The position numbers and the translations under genes were made by a program. A stretch of DNA of 62,077 nt, the filler included. It is 13 parts of 13 records of this genome, joined end to end, with 100 filler letters (N's around TTAATTAATTAA, not from the genome) between each part and the next. Parts side by side here need not be neighbours in the genome. Positions count along the whole stretch, not along the records: positions 20,126 to 24,543 come from SRR15195285_7510; positions 24,644 to 29,633 come from SRR15195285_7534; positions 29,734 to 35,663 come from SRR15195285_7536; positions 35,764 to 40,342 come from SRR15195285_7538; 9 more parts are not named here. One strand, 5' to 3'. A model generated the notes under the pieces. The model made no database searches. It saw nothing but the letters and a program-made list of their open reading frames with translations, and was not told where the DNA came from. Positions within the stretch are counted from its first letter, which is position 1; each line of letters starts with the position of its first letter. Of the stretch, positions 23,520 through 36,754 are shown in pieces.

Positions 23520-24684
23520 CTGCAGCCACCACACTCAACGCACGGTGACTGGCGCAGACGCGTCCCTCACTCACCGTGCTCTTGCTTCAAACGGAGCGAT
23601 TTTTCCGACTCGCCGAAGAATTTTTCGGATCGATTTTCCCGATTCCATCGCCCTCAGTAATTCAAGTTAAAGAATTGTCACGGTGACAGCATCAGTAACG
23701 CAATCATATACAGTTTACAGGTTGGGAACTGCAGTGTTCTCACTAAATCCTGATTTGAACCTCGTGATTTTGTTTCGGCGGGGGACTGCCTGTCACACTC
23801 GACACACCCTCCGGCCAAGGAATTCCTACCCCTTCCGCGTTCCGGTTTGAAACACAATCCTTCCCGGCACGTCCCTACAGAATGGTACTATTTTTCAATA
23901 CAGGCTGCACAAAACTTTGAACGAAAGTTTGAACGAAAGTCTTCCTGAACGGCGTTCCGATTGAACGAAAAAAATTTGATCTGCCTGAATCTGGGAACCC
24001 CGATTACATCGTGAATTCACAGTCACTTCGCCGTCAGCGATCGACTGTACTAGTACTAGGAATTCCTACCGTAGACCGTATAGTACGGTAGTCGAAAAAT
24101 TTGTGCTCCACCACCACGCAGGCAGCAGTCAATCCAAAACCAAAGTTGATCAGTCGCAGTCAATTTTTGGCAGACGATTCCCCTGTTGCATCAGACTCCG
24201 CGCCGACCAACTTTTTTCTCTGTGGAATCAGTAGTGGAATTCCTACAGTGAATCCATGTACATGTACATTTATCACGAGTTCGATCACTGTCAAATCAAA
24301 AAAAGGTCGTGTCGCCTGCAATCGACCCTGTATACAAAGCTTAACTGAACGCCTATTGCGCGCAAGCTAGTGTAAGCTAGTACTGTTTGCTTTCTAGTGC
24401 ACTACCGCGGTGTCCCCGGGGTCTCAGCAACAGTCTCGGTCGTATTCGTGGGAACGGCCGGCCGCAGTGTGGCTACCCGTCCACCCGCCCGTCGCAGCCT
24501 TCTCCACACACCTAGCTACTCCGCGCGCGATCTCCACTCCTACNNNNNNNNNNNNNNNNNNNNNNNNNNNNNNNNNNNNNNNNNNNNTTAATTAATTAAN
24601 NNNNNNNNNNNNNNNNNNNNNNNNNNNNNNNNNNNNNNNNNNNAAATCCTGCACAAGTCATCGGCTCAATGTTTACTGCCTCAG

Positions 24685-27600
24685 GTTGCAGATGCTGGTG
24701 CAGAGGCTTCATTCAAGACTGTATGGTCACAGACGCTTCACGGCCGCTCCATTGTCATCGAGGATGATCTTGTCGCGAGACAAACAGATGATGGTACCAC
24801 AGTGTACAGCCACGACACCGTTCCAGAGCAAGGGCAACACTACTTCGAAGTTACGATGTCAAAACGTGGGCGAGACAAAGGACGTGGAATGGGCGGTTGC
24901 TACTTCATCGGTGTGGTTCGATGTGACGCAGTTGGGAATGGCTCCACGCGCAGTGTGTATTCAACTGCCGGGTCTTGGGGTTTGGAAGATAATGCCGGCT
25001 CAGCGCTTCGCACCAATGGTGCTTCTACGGGATCACTCCCACGCGAGCAACAGAATTCACACGGCCGTGCATACGGCAACGACGACTGCGTAGGAGTAAT
25101 GGTTGACATGGACAGCGAGCCTCGCTCCCTGCAATTTTATCGAGACGGAGTCCTCCTTGATGGTGCTACTGTAAGCGGATTTCCAGCCGACGTGCGCATA
25201 GCGGCTTGCCCCTACAACTCTGATGTTCGGTGCACGCTAACGTTCCCTGATTCAGACTCATCACCACTGGCATCTGCTGCAGCTGCGCCGAATCCCGCTT
25301 CCTCAGCACTACAAGTGGGTTTACCTGATGCACCCAGCTCTGCTGCTGCAAGCACGGCCACTGCTACTCTAGCTGCTGCTCCCGTCGCTGCGGATACGGC
25401 AGTTGTCGATGCTCTGGTCGAGTTTGGATTCAGCCGACCAGCTTCTCGACGCGCTGCAGTCGCCACCGCGCCACAGGCGGGCCGAGGGGTTGCAGACCAC
25501 GTGCAACTGGCTGCAAATTGGCTGATGGAGCATCAGGATGATCCAGGTCTTAATGATATGGAAGAACCAGCGGTTGGACCGCCCGAATCAGCATCCGCAG
25601 CAGCATTGCAAGCATCTGAGCCTGAGGCCGAACCGGACCCAACAACTGAGCCCGAACCGGAGCTAGAAACAGATGCCACGTTGTCTTTGGTGCCGGACAC
25701 AGACGAAGTATCTGCAAAAGTCAGCACTCTGTGGCCCGAAATCGAATCTAGAGCTCGAAAAGCGTTTCGCAAGACACTCAACGGTTTCCAAGAGTGTTGC
25801 GAAATGCTGGAAGACGTCGAGAAGCTACCTAGTGCTGCATGGTGGGACGAGAAGCGGCCGAGCTGGAGGGCAGAGACGGACTCATGCATGCTCGATTTGG
25901 AGCAAGTGCGAGGCGTTGCGCTACCAAATTCACACATCGCGGTGAACACAGTTTCATTTGAAAATTTTGAGACCGTTGCTGTGTCACGCCCAGTGACTAC
26001 CGGCAAAATGTTTTATGAGATTGAGGTGACTAAGGTAGGCAACTGTCCGCAGTTCGGATGGGCAACGACGACATTCGACCTGACGATTCATCGTTACTCT
26101 GGAGAGGGGGTTGGCGACGATGAGAGCTCTTGGGGTGTAGATGGTGCCAGGCAGTGCAAATGGTTTCGAGGTAGCACACCCTGGGGGGCACACTGGGCAG
26201 ACGGCGATACTATCGGCTGTGCTGCTGACCTCACGACTGGAGAGCTACGATTCGGACGGAATGGGCAGTGGGATGCGCCGATGGGCCTGGCCTTCACAGG
26301 TGTTCAGCCCGAAGGAGGGTTGTTTCCAGCATTCACAGCTTCAAGCCCGACGCAGGTTAGCATCAATTTCGGGGGGAAGCCATGGTCTTATGGTCCCCCT
26401 GATGACTCTTACACCGCGTATGCACTCCGTGAGGCTGAGGGCCGGGAGGCACAGGACGAGGAGGAGCGGTCTCAAACTGACTGGTTTGCAGCATTTGCGC
26501 CCACGTGGACGCTTGAGATGGACGCGGCACTCATCCAGTATGCGACCGAGAGAGCGGCTGTGAAAGGCAAACGAGCAGTCGAGGACCTCAAGCTAGTAGA
26601 GCTTTTGGACCCGGTTGCCACAAAAGACACCACAGACACCACGATCGACCCTAGTCTAGCACCCGACCAGGTTGCATTAAGACGGGGTGTCTCGGTCGCG
26701 CCGAGTTTCGAGCTGTCCAGCTATGCAGAGCCCACTCCGCGTCGGCAGGACCAGCCGAGGCACTTAAGCGATAATAAGCCGTCGTCTATTCGTGCCCGGT
26801 GGGTGCTGTTGAAGGCTTACAACGCCATCATCAAGCCGGCCCTGAAATCAATTGATCTGCGTCAGTACGAGTCCGAAGATCACGTTGCGAACAAACTGTG
26901 TCGAGCCAAAGGACGGCTTCTTCCGAGCACCAAAGCTTGTATGCTAGAAACTGCAGTGCGTCTCACAAGCGGCGGAGACAGTGTGCCGGAGATCACAGTG
27001 CACCTAGCGCTTCCTGGGACCGAAGAAGCTGCGTCAGTGGACACCGTCTTTGAGCAGTGCTTCCAGCGGCTGCATCCGAGGCACAAACTGACATCTTCCA
27101 GGCGTGACGGGTCCGAGGCACAGCTTTGGAAAGTTCGAATGGAAGGAGCTGGAGCAACAGCTCTTTGGACCGATCAGACAGATGCAGGCGGCATGTTTCG
27201 TGCATCTATTCGGTCTCTCTGTAGCGACCTCCAACAGGCTCCTCGAGAGTTGCCCGATGGCCAGGTATCAGTGCCACTTCTTATCACCACACCAAACTTT
27301 GCATTTGGCGGAGGAGCTGGTGACGACGCACTAGAGAAGTGGGTCCCAAATCCACGCAGTGTCACAGAAGATGCTCTGCTTAGGTTCAGATTTTTAGGCG
27401 TCTTGATGGGCGCTTCGTGTCGAACTAGTGGCTTCATGGAGCTGGACATTGCCCCGCTCGTCTGGAAATTTCTGCTGGGAGAGAAAACGGGACTGCATGA
27501 TATTGCTGCAGTCGATGCTCGACTTGCTGGGCACTTCGAGAAGGTCGCCGCCGTAGAAGCCCCTGACGTGTGGCAGGACTTGCAGGGGGTGGACCCAATA

Positions 27601-29633
27601 TGCTGGTCAGTGCAGCTAGCAAACGGCAGCGTTGTTGCCCTGCGTGGTGACGGTAGCGAGGAGGTCGAATACGACGACGTGCTCGCGTACCGAAGTGACG
27701 CCGAGGCCCGCTGGTTCAAGCAGTTCGAACGGCAGCTGGAAGCCATTCGTGATGGTTTCTTTGCAACGTTTCCCGAGCTTGCCACACGGCTTCTCACTTG
27801 GCGAGAGCTGGAGCGCCGTGTGTGCGGGGTTCCCGACGTGAGTGTGGATGCGCTGAAAAGAATCGCGCGCTACGAGAGGCCGTACAGCGAGGCAGACCCA
27901 TACATCGCTCAAATGTGGGACGCACTGCGCAGTTTGACCGGTGCGGAGCGGAAACAGTTCCTTGGCTTTGTCTGGGGCCGTGGGAGGTTGCCGGCTCAGC
28001 CAACTCAGCCGTTTACGATCGATTCAGCAGGTGGTGGAGACGAATCTCTTCCACGTTCGCACACTTGCATGTTTCAGCTCCACTTGCCGAGATATTCGTC
28101 GGCTGCCATCTTGAAGCAACGTCTACTTGTCGCAATTCAAAATGCTGGGTCGCAAACAAACACCACCACCAGTGTTCCTCGCGGTAGCGGTGTGGAGCCT
28201 GAAGCAGCCGTTTCCAATTCACCAGGCGCGTGTGTGCTCCAGACTGTGACTGGCGGAGGCCACAAAGAACACCTTGAAGACTTTGCACGGCGCTCTGGGC
28301 TGGGTGAAAAATGTGTTGCAGGACTGCAGACGACCATGCGAATCAAGGACATGGCTGATCTGATCGAAAAGTCCGCTGGAAATAACGCTGACTTCGTGAC
28401 CGCGTGTCATCGCCTGCTGACCGCGCAGCGATTGGCAACCAGCACTGAAGTCAGGCTCATAGCTTCGAGGCAGGCAGATACACTGTTTGTTGAGCCCAGT
28501 TTACAAGAGCTGCAGGTGTTGCGTTTAGATGTTTCGGCGAGGATTCAAGATGCATTGGAAAAACAGCGAACAGATTTGGATGTAACTTTCCGACAGATAT
28601 GCAGCGAGTGTGAGCTGCACGACTCACGTCGAAAAGCTGAGGAGGCTAAGCGTGCGAAGACACAGGCGCGGCTGGCGAGGATCGACTCCGGGCAGACATC
28701 ACCTTCACCCAAGGCCCCAAGAGAGCTTTCTATTGGGGCTAACGTTGTGGTCGAAGGATATGGTCGTGCCACTGTCACGAAACTTCGGACTGATGGGAGC
28801 ATCGCCGTACGGTACGATGAGAGCGGACTCACGTGGAGTCGTGTGGAACCAGGAAACTTCACTCTGATCGATCCGGACGCTGATGAGGGTGACGAAGATG
28901 GTGGCAGTGTGGCTTCAGACGACTCCATTTTCAGATCATCGAGAGGCTCTCTCAGATCGTCGAACGGCAGTGATGTTGTCTTTGGCCACGATGAGGACGA
29001 CGAGCTGGAGCTGGAGCTGGAGCTGGAGGAAGAGCTGGAGGATGGCGAGCCACCCTCTGTGGACCACATGATGGAGCGATTGTTTGCGACGTTTTCAGAC
29101 GATGGTAGAATGGGCTTCGAGGGTGTTCGCCGCTTTATCCAGGCGTGTCAGGACGCGGATCCTGACAGTGACGACGATATGCCCCTCGAAGAGATGCCGT
29201 TGGAGGCCTGGCATGCAATGTGCGAAGAGTTTGGAGTGGATTCAGCCGTTGGCATGGATCAGGTGCAGTTTGAGAGACTGCTCGAAGGCATCAGGGACGA
29301 CCCAGATGAGCTTTGGGACTTGTACAGACGGATCGCGGCGCAGCGCCGCGAAACCTCACCAATGCCGCAGCCTAGCGCGCTACTGGACGACGCGGCATCG
29401 ACTCGTGCTGCCATCACTGCCTCCTCAGTTGCAGCGCCACCCACTGGAATATCTAATCAGATGTTCGGCGACGTGCTAGACACCGTGCAGGATAGCATTG
29501 CTCGTGCTGCTTCTGGATCGTCCACGGCTAGCGTTTCCGCAGAGGAGAGTGCAGCGAGCAGCATCGTAGAAGGGGTTCCACCACCTTCCCGAAGAGATGC
29601 CACACTGGAGCTGGAGCCGGAGCCGGAGCCGGA
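24685..29633 (+). CDS. SPRY - UBA - SPRY - HECT E3 ubiquitin ligase with ~495-aa extension after HECT, truncated at both ends
   Basis: Two SPRY domains (HYFEV...VGVMVDMD; FYEIEV..PQFGWA...GDTIGCAAD); UBA (LVEFGFSR...AANWLMEH); HECT (DAGGMFR, FRFLGVLMG, ELERRVCG, FLGFVWGRGRLP, LPRSHTCMFQLHLPRY) with catalytic Cys at 28066-28068. Confidence 0.9.
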
Positions 29634-29760
29634 NNNNNNNNNNNNNNNNNNNNNNNNNNNNNNNNNNNNNNNNNNNNTTAATTAATTAANNNNNNNNNNN
29701 NNNNNNNNNNNNNNNNNNNNNNNNNNNNNNNNNCCAGACCCCATTCGAACAGTAGGACGG

Positions 29761-32399
29761 ATGGCGGATGAGTTGGAGCTGACGGACAACCCGGCTGCGG
29801 AGGACTCCGAGGTTGTGGCACCCACGTCCGACAGCGAGGTTCTAGGGGGGAACGAATCTGATGCTGGTGGAACGAAGAGCACTGGACGGACGAGCCCGAG
29901 TACTAGTAGCCCGGCGTCGCCCAGATTCCTCGACCGAGACACAGTGGAGACGATTCGCGACACCGCGCATGTGCCAGCCCGAGCGGCGGCAATGGTAGGG
30001 GGCAAAGGCTGGGCGGTCTTGCGGGCGGGAGTGGATATTGCCAGAGAGGCAAGGCCCCAGGAGATCGATGAGGAGCAGCTGATGAAGCTACACGCGGCCG
30101 ATGACCACCGGCCACTGTGGATCATCGATCCAAGGAGCACCTTCTGGCAGGTATGGTGCCTGGTCCAGGGCGGAATCATCTGCCTGCTCATGTTCTGGGT
30201 GCCCTTCGAGTTGGCCTTCGTTTGCATGGACGTGCTCACCGAGTGCCAGGGCATTTCGACGTTTCTCGGCGACAGAACAGTTGAGGATGACGGGTCGGGT
30301 GGAAACTTCGGCTGTGCGGTCTGGAAAGGCCCATCGACACTCGAGCTTAGCGTTCGCAATCTGATGGACGTCTTGATTTTGACCGATTTCGGATTACACT
30401 TCGTCCTGGGCTATTCAAAGTGGGACTTGAGGCACCGAAGGCCAATTTGGATATGGCATGAAAAAGCGATTGTGAAGCACTATGTCGCGTCCCCGAGCTT
30501 CTTCTATGACTTGGTCGGATGCCTGCCGATCGATACCTTCTATCGGATACAAGGCGCTAGCACCGGTGCCGACGGCTACGTCACTGCCGATATACTCTCA
30601 ATACTTCGGATAGCACGGCTTTCGAGCGTGTTCAAGCTCACGCAGCCGCTGCATGACTTCGTCAATCACTTCGCAGTCTTATTTCCGCCGATCGAGCCGA
30701 TCTCGAAACTGTTTATGTTAATATTGTGGATCGCCGGCATTACGCACATAATGGCCTGCTTGCTGTACTTTGTCGGTCACCCTTGGTGGGATGTTGGCGA
30801 TTTGCGGTGTCTGGACTACGGTATCTGTGGCTGGGTGACGGCGCAAGACTGGGAGGCGGAGGTCTTCAACCCAGGGGTAGGCTACACTGGGAAAGGGGCA
30901 GCCACGGTCTATACAAAGTACGTGACGGCACTCTATTATGCTTCAACTCAGGTACGTTGCGGCGATGCAGCCACTCTATTATGGCGGCATTATTATGTAC
31001 TCCACACGATTCCAACTGAGCCCGTGGCTGTTGAACAACTCAGATCACCACGGTTGGTTTCGGTGACATCAGCGCTGCGACGACCTTTGAAAGGTTGTTT
31101 TCTGTCTTCTCTCAAATGTAAGGTTCACACATTTCGCCCTGAGATTCAGGTACTAGACGACCAAGCTTGGATGCATTTGTGCTGCACGACAGGTTTGGTG
31201 GCTTCGTGTTCGGCTACGTTCTGGGCAACATTTCTACAGTGCTTGCAAACGAGAACCGGGCAGCGTCCGCACACAAGTCGTACATGGAGACGCTGCACCA
31301 CTTTATGAAAGCCGAAGCGGTACCACCTCCCTTGCAGAAGAAAGTGATGAAATACTTGGAGGCACGACACCCGACACATTACCTGTTCGACGAGGGGCTC
31401 TTGTGGACAGAGCTGCCTCCGACGCTGCGCGGTGAAATCGCCGTCCACAGGCACGGGCACGTGGTCGAACACGGCGATCTTTTTCACGATCTGGAGTACA
31501 CCACTCTGTCGTTGCTGTGCCAGCGCATCGACCTCGTATCATTCATGGAAGGTGACACGGTCACATCAGCTGGGGCAGCTGCGGACAGGATGTTTATCGT
31601 CAAGGTAGGGACGGTTCACGTCTTCAAGCATATGGCGGAGCATGAGGCAGATTTTGCACAAACGATTCGTTCAGAGAAGCTAAAGGCAGTGCACCAAGCT
31701 CAGGCGGAGAACGAGCTGTTGATTGAAGTTGCTGACACTGGGAAGGCGTTCTCAGAGTTGGCGGCTCTTATGCCGTACACCCAGGAGTTGACGTATCGGT
31801 GTGCGGCGTACTGCCTTATATGTACTCTCACACGAGAGAACATTTTGCAGCTGGCGCAGATTCAACATGACCTCGCGGACTCGATGATCCGTTTCGCCAG
31901 GCAGAGCAAAGCGAAGATCGCAGAACTGTGCTCAAAACGCAACGCCGGCAACACGTATGAGAGTGTTCTGGCGAACTTGGAAGGTCTTAAGAGCAGTGGG
32001 GTACCTGCGAATATCGATGCGATTCTCGGCGGAGGGGTTTCGGCAGGCGTTAGTGCGTGTCCCGTATACACTGTATGCATGATACTTAGTCACGTACAGG
32101 GACGGTACTCATTGTGTGGATTGTTCGCCGCGTGCATGCAGGATATGGGGACTCTGCAATGGACCAGTACGCTACACGTACTAGTATCTTCCAGTGCCGG
32201 CATTTGACTGAGGTGTTGCGGCTGCACCAATGCGTGTTGCTAACTGTTTTCGCTGTTCGTTTTACAACATAGGTACGAGCTTAATGACGTTGTCGACGTG
32301 TTCAAAAAGCTGCGTGCGGACCAGCTTGAGCTCGCCACGAAGATGGAAACTGGATTTCAGGCGATCAACGAACGGCTCGACTCACTTGTCACCAGATAG
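29761..32399 (+). CDS. Cyclic-nucleotide-binding-domain K+ channel (KCNH/HCN/CNG superfamily), 5 exons (29761-30951, 31044-31117, 31193-32052, 32142-32166, 32273-32399)
   Basis: IIDPRSTF..W, DLVGCLPID, S4 ILRIARLSSVFKL, HIMAC. Pore filter ITTVGFGD appears only after removing intron 30952-31043. C-linker ELPPTLRGEI, CNBD (FSELA) and terminal coiled coil. Confidence 0.9.
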
Positions 32400-32553
32400 C
32401 TGATGGCGACAGTCTTCGTCTCTGCTACGCGCGTGTGACTGCTGGAGTGCACACAATGAATTAACACCAATTTCGGCTGACACATGATCGAGCCGGTGAC
32501 TGTGGGTCCACAATTCGAGCACCCTCATGTAGCGGCCTGTAAAGCAGCAGACA

Positions 32554-34659
32554 TTACGCATCCTCACTCACATCAGCGACTGTCTCCACGGCAGCCTGAT
32601 CTTCTGCCTCAACCTCACGTTCTGCTGCAGGCTCGCAGCCGTCCCCGTCCTCATCACCTTGGTCGGCTGCGAAGATATCTGCATTGATCGCGCTTGCGCC
32701 CACGAGGGACGTTGCCAGCCCAGCTGCTGGCGCGGCCAACAAGTCGTGTGTTGGCTGAAGCTCTGCTGGCATTGGAGCTGGACCAAATGCTGGTAAGAGC
32801 GATGATTCCTCCGCGGTCGCGGCATCTATCGATGCCAGCATGGACGCAGGCGCCGGAGCTGGGGCAAAGTCGGTCGGCAACAATCCCGCCTCCTGCTTCG
32901 GGCCGGCCACGGTGCTGCTTGACGTCGCGAGAGACTGTACATATTCATCGTAGCCTTCTGGGACAGCGTACGCATCGTTGGCCCAACCTGAACCAGAGGT
33001 TGCGTCAGCTGACACTTCCGGCACGCCCTCGCTAATTCCGTTGTAGATGGATTCTGTGAGCAATGACGGACCCACGGACGGTACCGCGGGCAGCGCGGAG
33101 TCTGTCGTTGCTTGTGCTTGCGTGTGCTGAGCATACTCGGCAAACCCGTCGGGCACAGAATAGCTATCTGCAGTCCACCCGTTGCTGCCCCCACCAAGGC
33201 CAAGAGCCCCGGACGATGCCGCCATTTCAGCAGCTTCTGCCGCGTCATCTTCCTCGTCCTCGTTTGCCGCTGTGCCGTACAATGAGTCAGGCTTCGCGTA
33301 CATAGACTCGCCATCGATGGCTCCAGGCAGCTCAGCCATGAGATTATCTACCGAGAGCCTCCGAGGCGGTCGCTCAGCTGAGGCTCGTGGGGTGCGCTCT
33401 GGCTTCGGCATAGCCCTCGGCAAAGCTTCGACTGTCGGGACAGGTTCGTCCTCCGCCTGCGCAGCCGCCATCGCTGCCTCAGCCTCAGCTGCAGCTACTG
33501 CCGCTGCTGAGTACGGCGCATCAGATGGAGCGCGGCGCTGCCAGCCTGGGCCGATATCTTGCACGGTCTCTGTACTAGGATTGGTGGCAGTGAGTAAGCC
33601 GTACAGCTCCGGGCGGCGGGCTCGAAGATACCGCCCACCGCTCGCGACGCTGCGCTTCTCACTGGCACAGAAGGCAACAATCACAGCATCGCTAAGCTCG
33701 ACACACTCAGCAACCACTTCTCCGAACGGGTCGATCACGAGGCTGTTGCCATGCCGCAAAACGCCGTCGTCCTTTGGCCAAGTTCGACGCATTCACAGTC
33801 AGCGAGCTGACACGCAAGAGACACGAGCAGGAACGCTCGACTGGATACTGGAGGAGCTACCTATATCAGCTTGTGCCAGCACACGTTGGAATGCACGCGG
33901 CAGGGAAGCGCGCACCATGCCGATTGGATTGGTGAAGACCACGAACAGATTGTTGTCGTAGGCACGAGCAGGCAGCCAGCGCATCACCCAGCCGCGACCA
34001 GACGGTCCGTGGAGTTGCATCCTCAGTGGCACCGGGTCTTCTCGTCTGTTCGCCCACAGCGCGACATCAGCAGCGGAACGCCGAGGGTCGGCGATGCCGG
34101 ACTCGGTCTTTGGGCCTGGGGCACAGCCCGTGACGTGCGGAGCGAAGAGAACCTCGCACCCAGCCAGCGCGGTGCATCGGACGTTCTCGGCAATGTTGTT
34201 GTCGTAGCAAATCAAGATACCGCACTTGCAGCCCAAGAGCTCGAAGACAGTGAACTCGTCGCCGCTCGAGACGTGCGGGTTTAGGAACGCGTGGAGCTTG
34301 CGGTGTCGTGCGATGATGCCATTGGTCGGGTGCGCGCACACGTACGTGTTGTACAGGGCTCCTGTTTCCTTCTCGACTTCGAGGAGTCCGGCAAGGATCG
34401 GGACCCCAACCTCAAACGCGATCTCGTGCAGCTGCACACAGCTCGGCCCCGCGGGCACAAATTCTGCCAGCGACAGCAACTTCTCCTTCGTCGCATCCTG
34501 CAGAAATGAGTACCCTGTGATGCACATCTCGTGGAAAGACACCACCTCTGCACCAAGCGCCACTGCCTCCTTCGCGAGCCGCTTGATCTGCGCCAGGTTG
34601 TATTCCTTAATCCCATCCGCCGCCTCAAACTGCGCCGCTCCGATCCGAATGTCCCGCAT
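32554..34659 (-). CDS. Nitrilase-superfamily carbon-nitrogen hydrolase with long acidic C-terminal tail, 2 exons (34659-33916, 33771-32554)
   Basis: Triad Glu (FHEMC), Lys (HRKLH), Cys (ICYDN); WLPARAYDN. Removing the intron yields NPIGM|DDGVLRHGNSLVIDPFGE. YLRARRPELY closes the domain. Confidence 0.9.
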
Positions 34660-36019
34660 CCCTCCCTTCCTATCCACTGGGGACCCTATCTATCCACTGC
34701 AAATCCCTCTGATCACTGATGCCCCCAACGCAGACACAGTCGATCCGTCCCGTAGTCTCTACGGCGTCAAATCACAATGTCTATGAGACAGCATGGGCGA
34801 TAGCCAGAAAAACACACACATGGCCTTTCGTTGTGGAGTGACTGGGGGATCAGCATCGAGCATGACTGCGTCGATATCGCGCTATGGACACACAGAGAGA
34901 GCTGATGGAACACAGTCCACTCACGGATCGACTGGGGTCGCCCAACGCCACGCCACGCCGCAGCCGTCGCTTATATTTCACCTCTCTTTCTGCACCAGAG
35001 CACCCAAAATCCAGCCCTCCTCCTCTCCCACCCTCCGCCACACTGACGCACACCGCCCACCACTGCGAATCAGAACACGGTGGCTGCGCAGGCTCAGCCT
35101 CCCTTACCGTGGTTTTGGTTTTTTTGGGCAAGTTGTACGCTCCGCCTTGTCGCGTTCGTCCGAGGACTGTTACAATCCCGTAATCTACAGCACGGTTTTG
35201 ATTCATACTAAGGTAATGTAAAATCACTAATGATTGTACTTGACCGCGCTGATCAGCTCGAGTTGCTGATTTTTTGTCGCGTATCCTTATATAAAGCGTT
35301 GGTTTTTTGACGTTGGCTGTGGAATTGGCCAGTGCAGAGTGTTTGCGAAGCTCAGTAGAGGCGCGCTGTGAAATTAGTACGAGTTCAGCTGCAGCGTGTT
35401 GCGGGGGCGACCGCAGTTCGCCAACCCCGGCGCACTGTCCCTCTGCTGGGCTCTGCTTCGACTGCTGCCTGCTGCTGGATGTGTCTTCCTTTCTATGGCT
35501 GGTGACCTGAGATAGAGCACCACCCAAACCGAGTCTGTATCTCAGCAACCCGCGGGACCCAGGAGCTCTACCGCACCTCGTTGGATTCGTCTCGCCGCCG
35601 GAGCGACGATGCACTCAGTTCCATTTTCCTCAGGGGGAAAACAGGGGGGGAACAGTCCTCACCNNNNNNNNNNNNNNNNNNNNNNNNNNNNNNNNNNNNN
35701 NNNNNNNTTAATTAATTAANNNNNNNNNNNNNNNNNNNNNNNNNNNNNNNNNNNNNNNNNNNNTGGGACCCTGCACCTACCTACCCTCCCCCAGAACCTT
35801 GTATGAAAATCCTGGTCACGCCGAACCGCAGTCGCGGAGGTACAGTAGGTGCACCGAAATCCTGTCGCTTGAAGGAGGTGAAATACAGACAGTACCCCTA
35901 CATACTAGCATTATAAATTTCTTACTAGCATTATAAATGTTCGAGCCATAGCATGCATGCGCGCACGCGCTGCATGATTCGTTGAGTATTAGCGCGAGAA
36001 CGCGCACGCAGCGTGTAGT

Positions 36020-36271
36020 ATGCCCGAGCAGCCTTACAGGGAGCTGAACGCTCAGCTACTGGACGCACAGCCGCTCTACCCACAGAACATACCCGGCTCG
36101 GCGCAGGCCCAAGCTGTCCGCAACAACGGTCGGACGCTGCGTGGGGGCGACTCTTGCACCTGGCGCATACTAGGACTGTTTGTTTGTGGACTGGCTGCGC
36201 TGGCGGGGGCGGTACTGTTTCAACGGAGCCGCGTGCACAGTGGCTGGTCCAGCTCGTCGGGCAGCTCGTGA
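36020..36271 (+). CDS. Possible small TM-containing hypothetical protein or first exon
   Basis: ATG follows an AT-rich upstream region; one hydrophobic stretch ILGLFVCGLAALAGAVLF. No homology recognised. Confidence 0.3.
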   Translation: MPEQPYRELNAQLLDAQPLYPQNIPGSAQAQAVRNNGRTLRGGDSCTWRILGLFVCGLAALAGAVLFQRSRVHSGWSSSSGSS

Positions 36272-36754
36272 TGATTGCTGGCCGCCAACAGCGGGCACTT
36301 CCGCAGCTGCGAACGGGTGGCGCTGAGCTTGGTCCTGCCGTCTTGCCGTCTTTGCCAGTGGGAACAGCTCCGGCTCCAGCACGCACCGTCGCTGATACAG
36401 CGCCCGAAACGCAGCAAGGTGCCAGGTGTGTGGAACTGTTACTGCTGCATTCTGCTGAGTACCTTTGCCAGCATCGGTACTGCTAGGCTGTGTATAGCAC
36501 ACCTCACTTGAGGTGGTCACGGCAGTCATACACACAAAGCCGATCTACGGACGCTGCCCACCGTTTGGCTGTGTGCGATATCACAGACATACGTCCTGGC
36601 GTATGACAATACAAGCTTCGTGCGAAATCAGTTGTCACTATTCTGTTGGCTACTGTGCGTGTAGCTTGTAGTTTGAGTGCTTGTTGGCTACTGTGTAGAA
36701 AGTCGTTCACACTTACCGTACGACCACAACGTGCTATTTATCATAATGCTAGAT

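Noticed and set aside
7993-34659. Nitrogen-metabolism cluster (nitrite reductase plus nitrilase)
   Set aside because: The genes are on different contigs separated by spacers; no linkage can be inferred.
34850-35614. 254-aa minus-strand ORF upstream of the nitrilase
   Set aside because: No motif, non-ATG start, and it crosses AT-rich promoter-like sequence.
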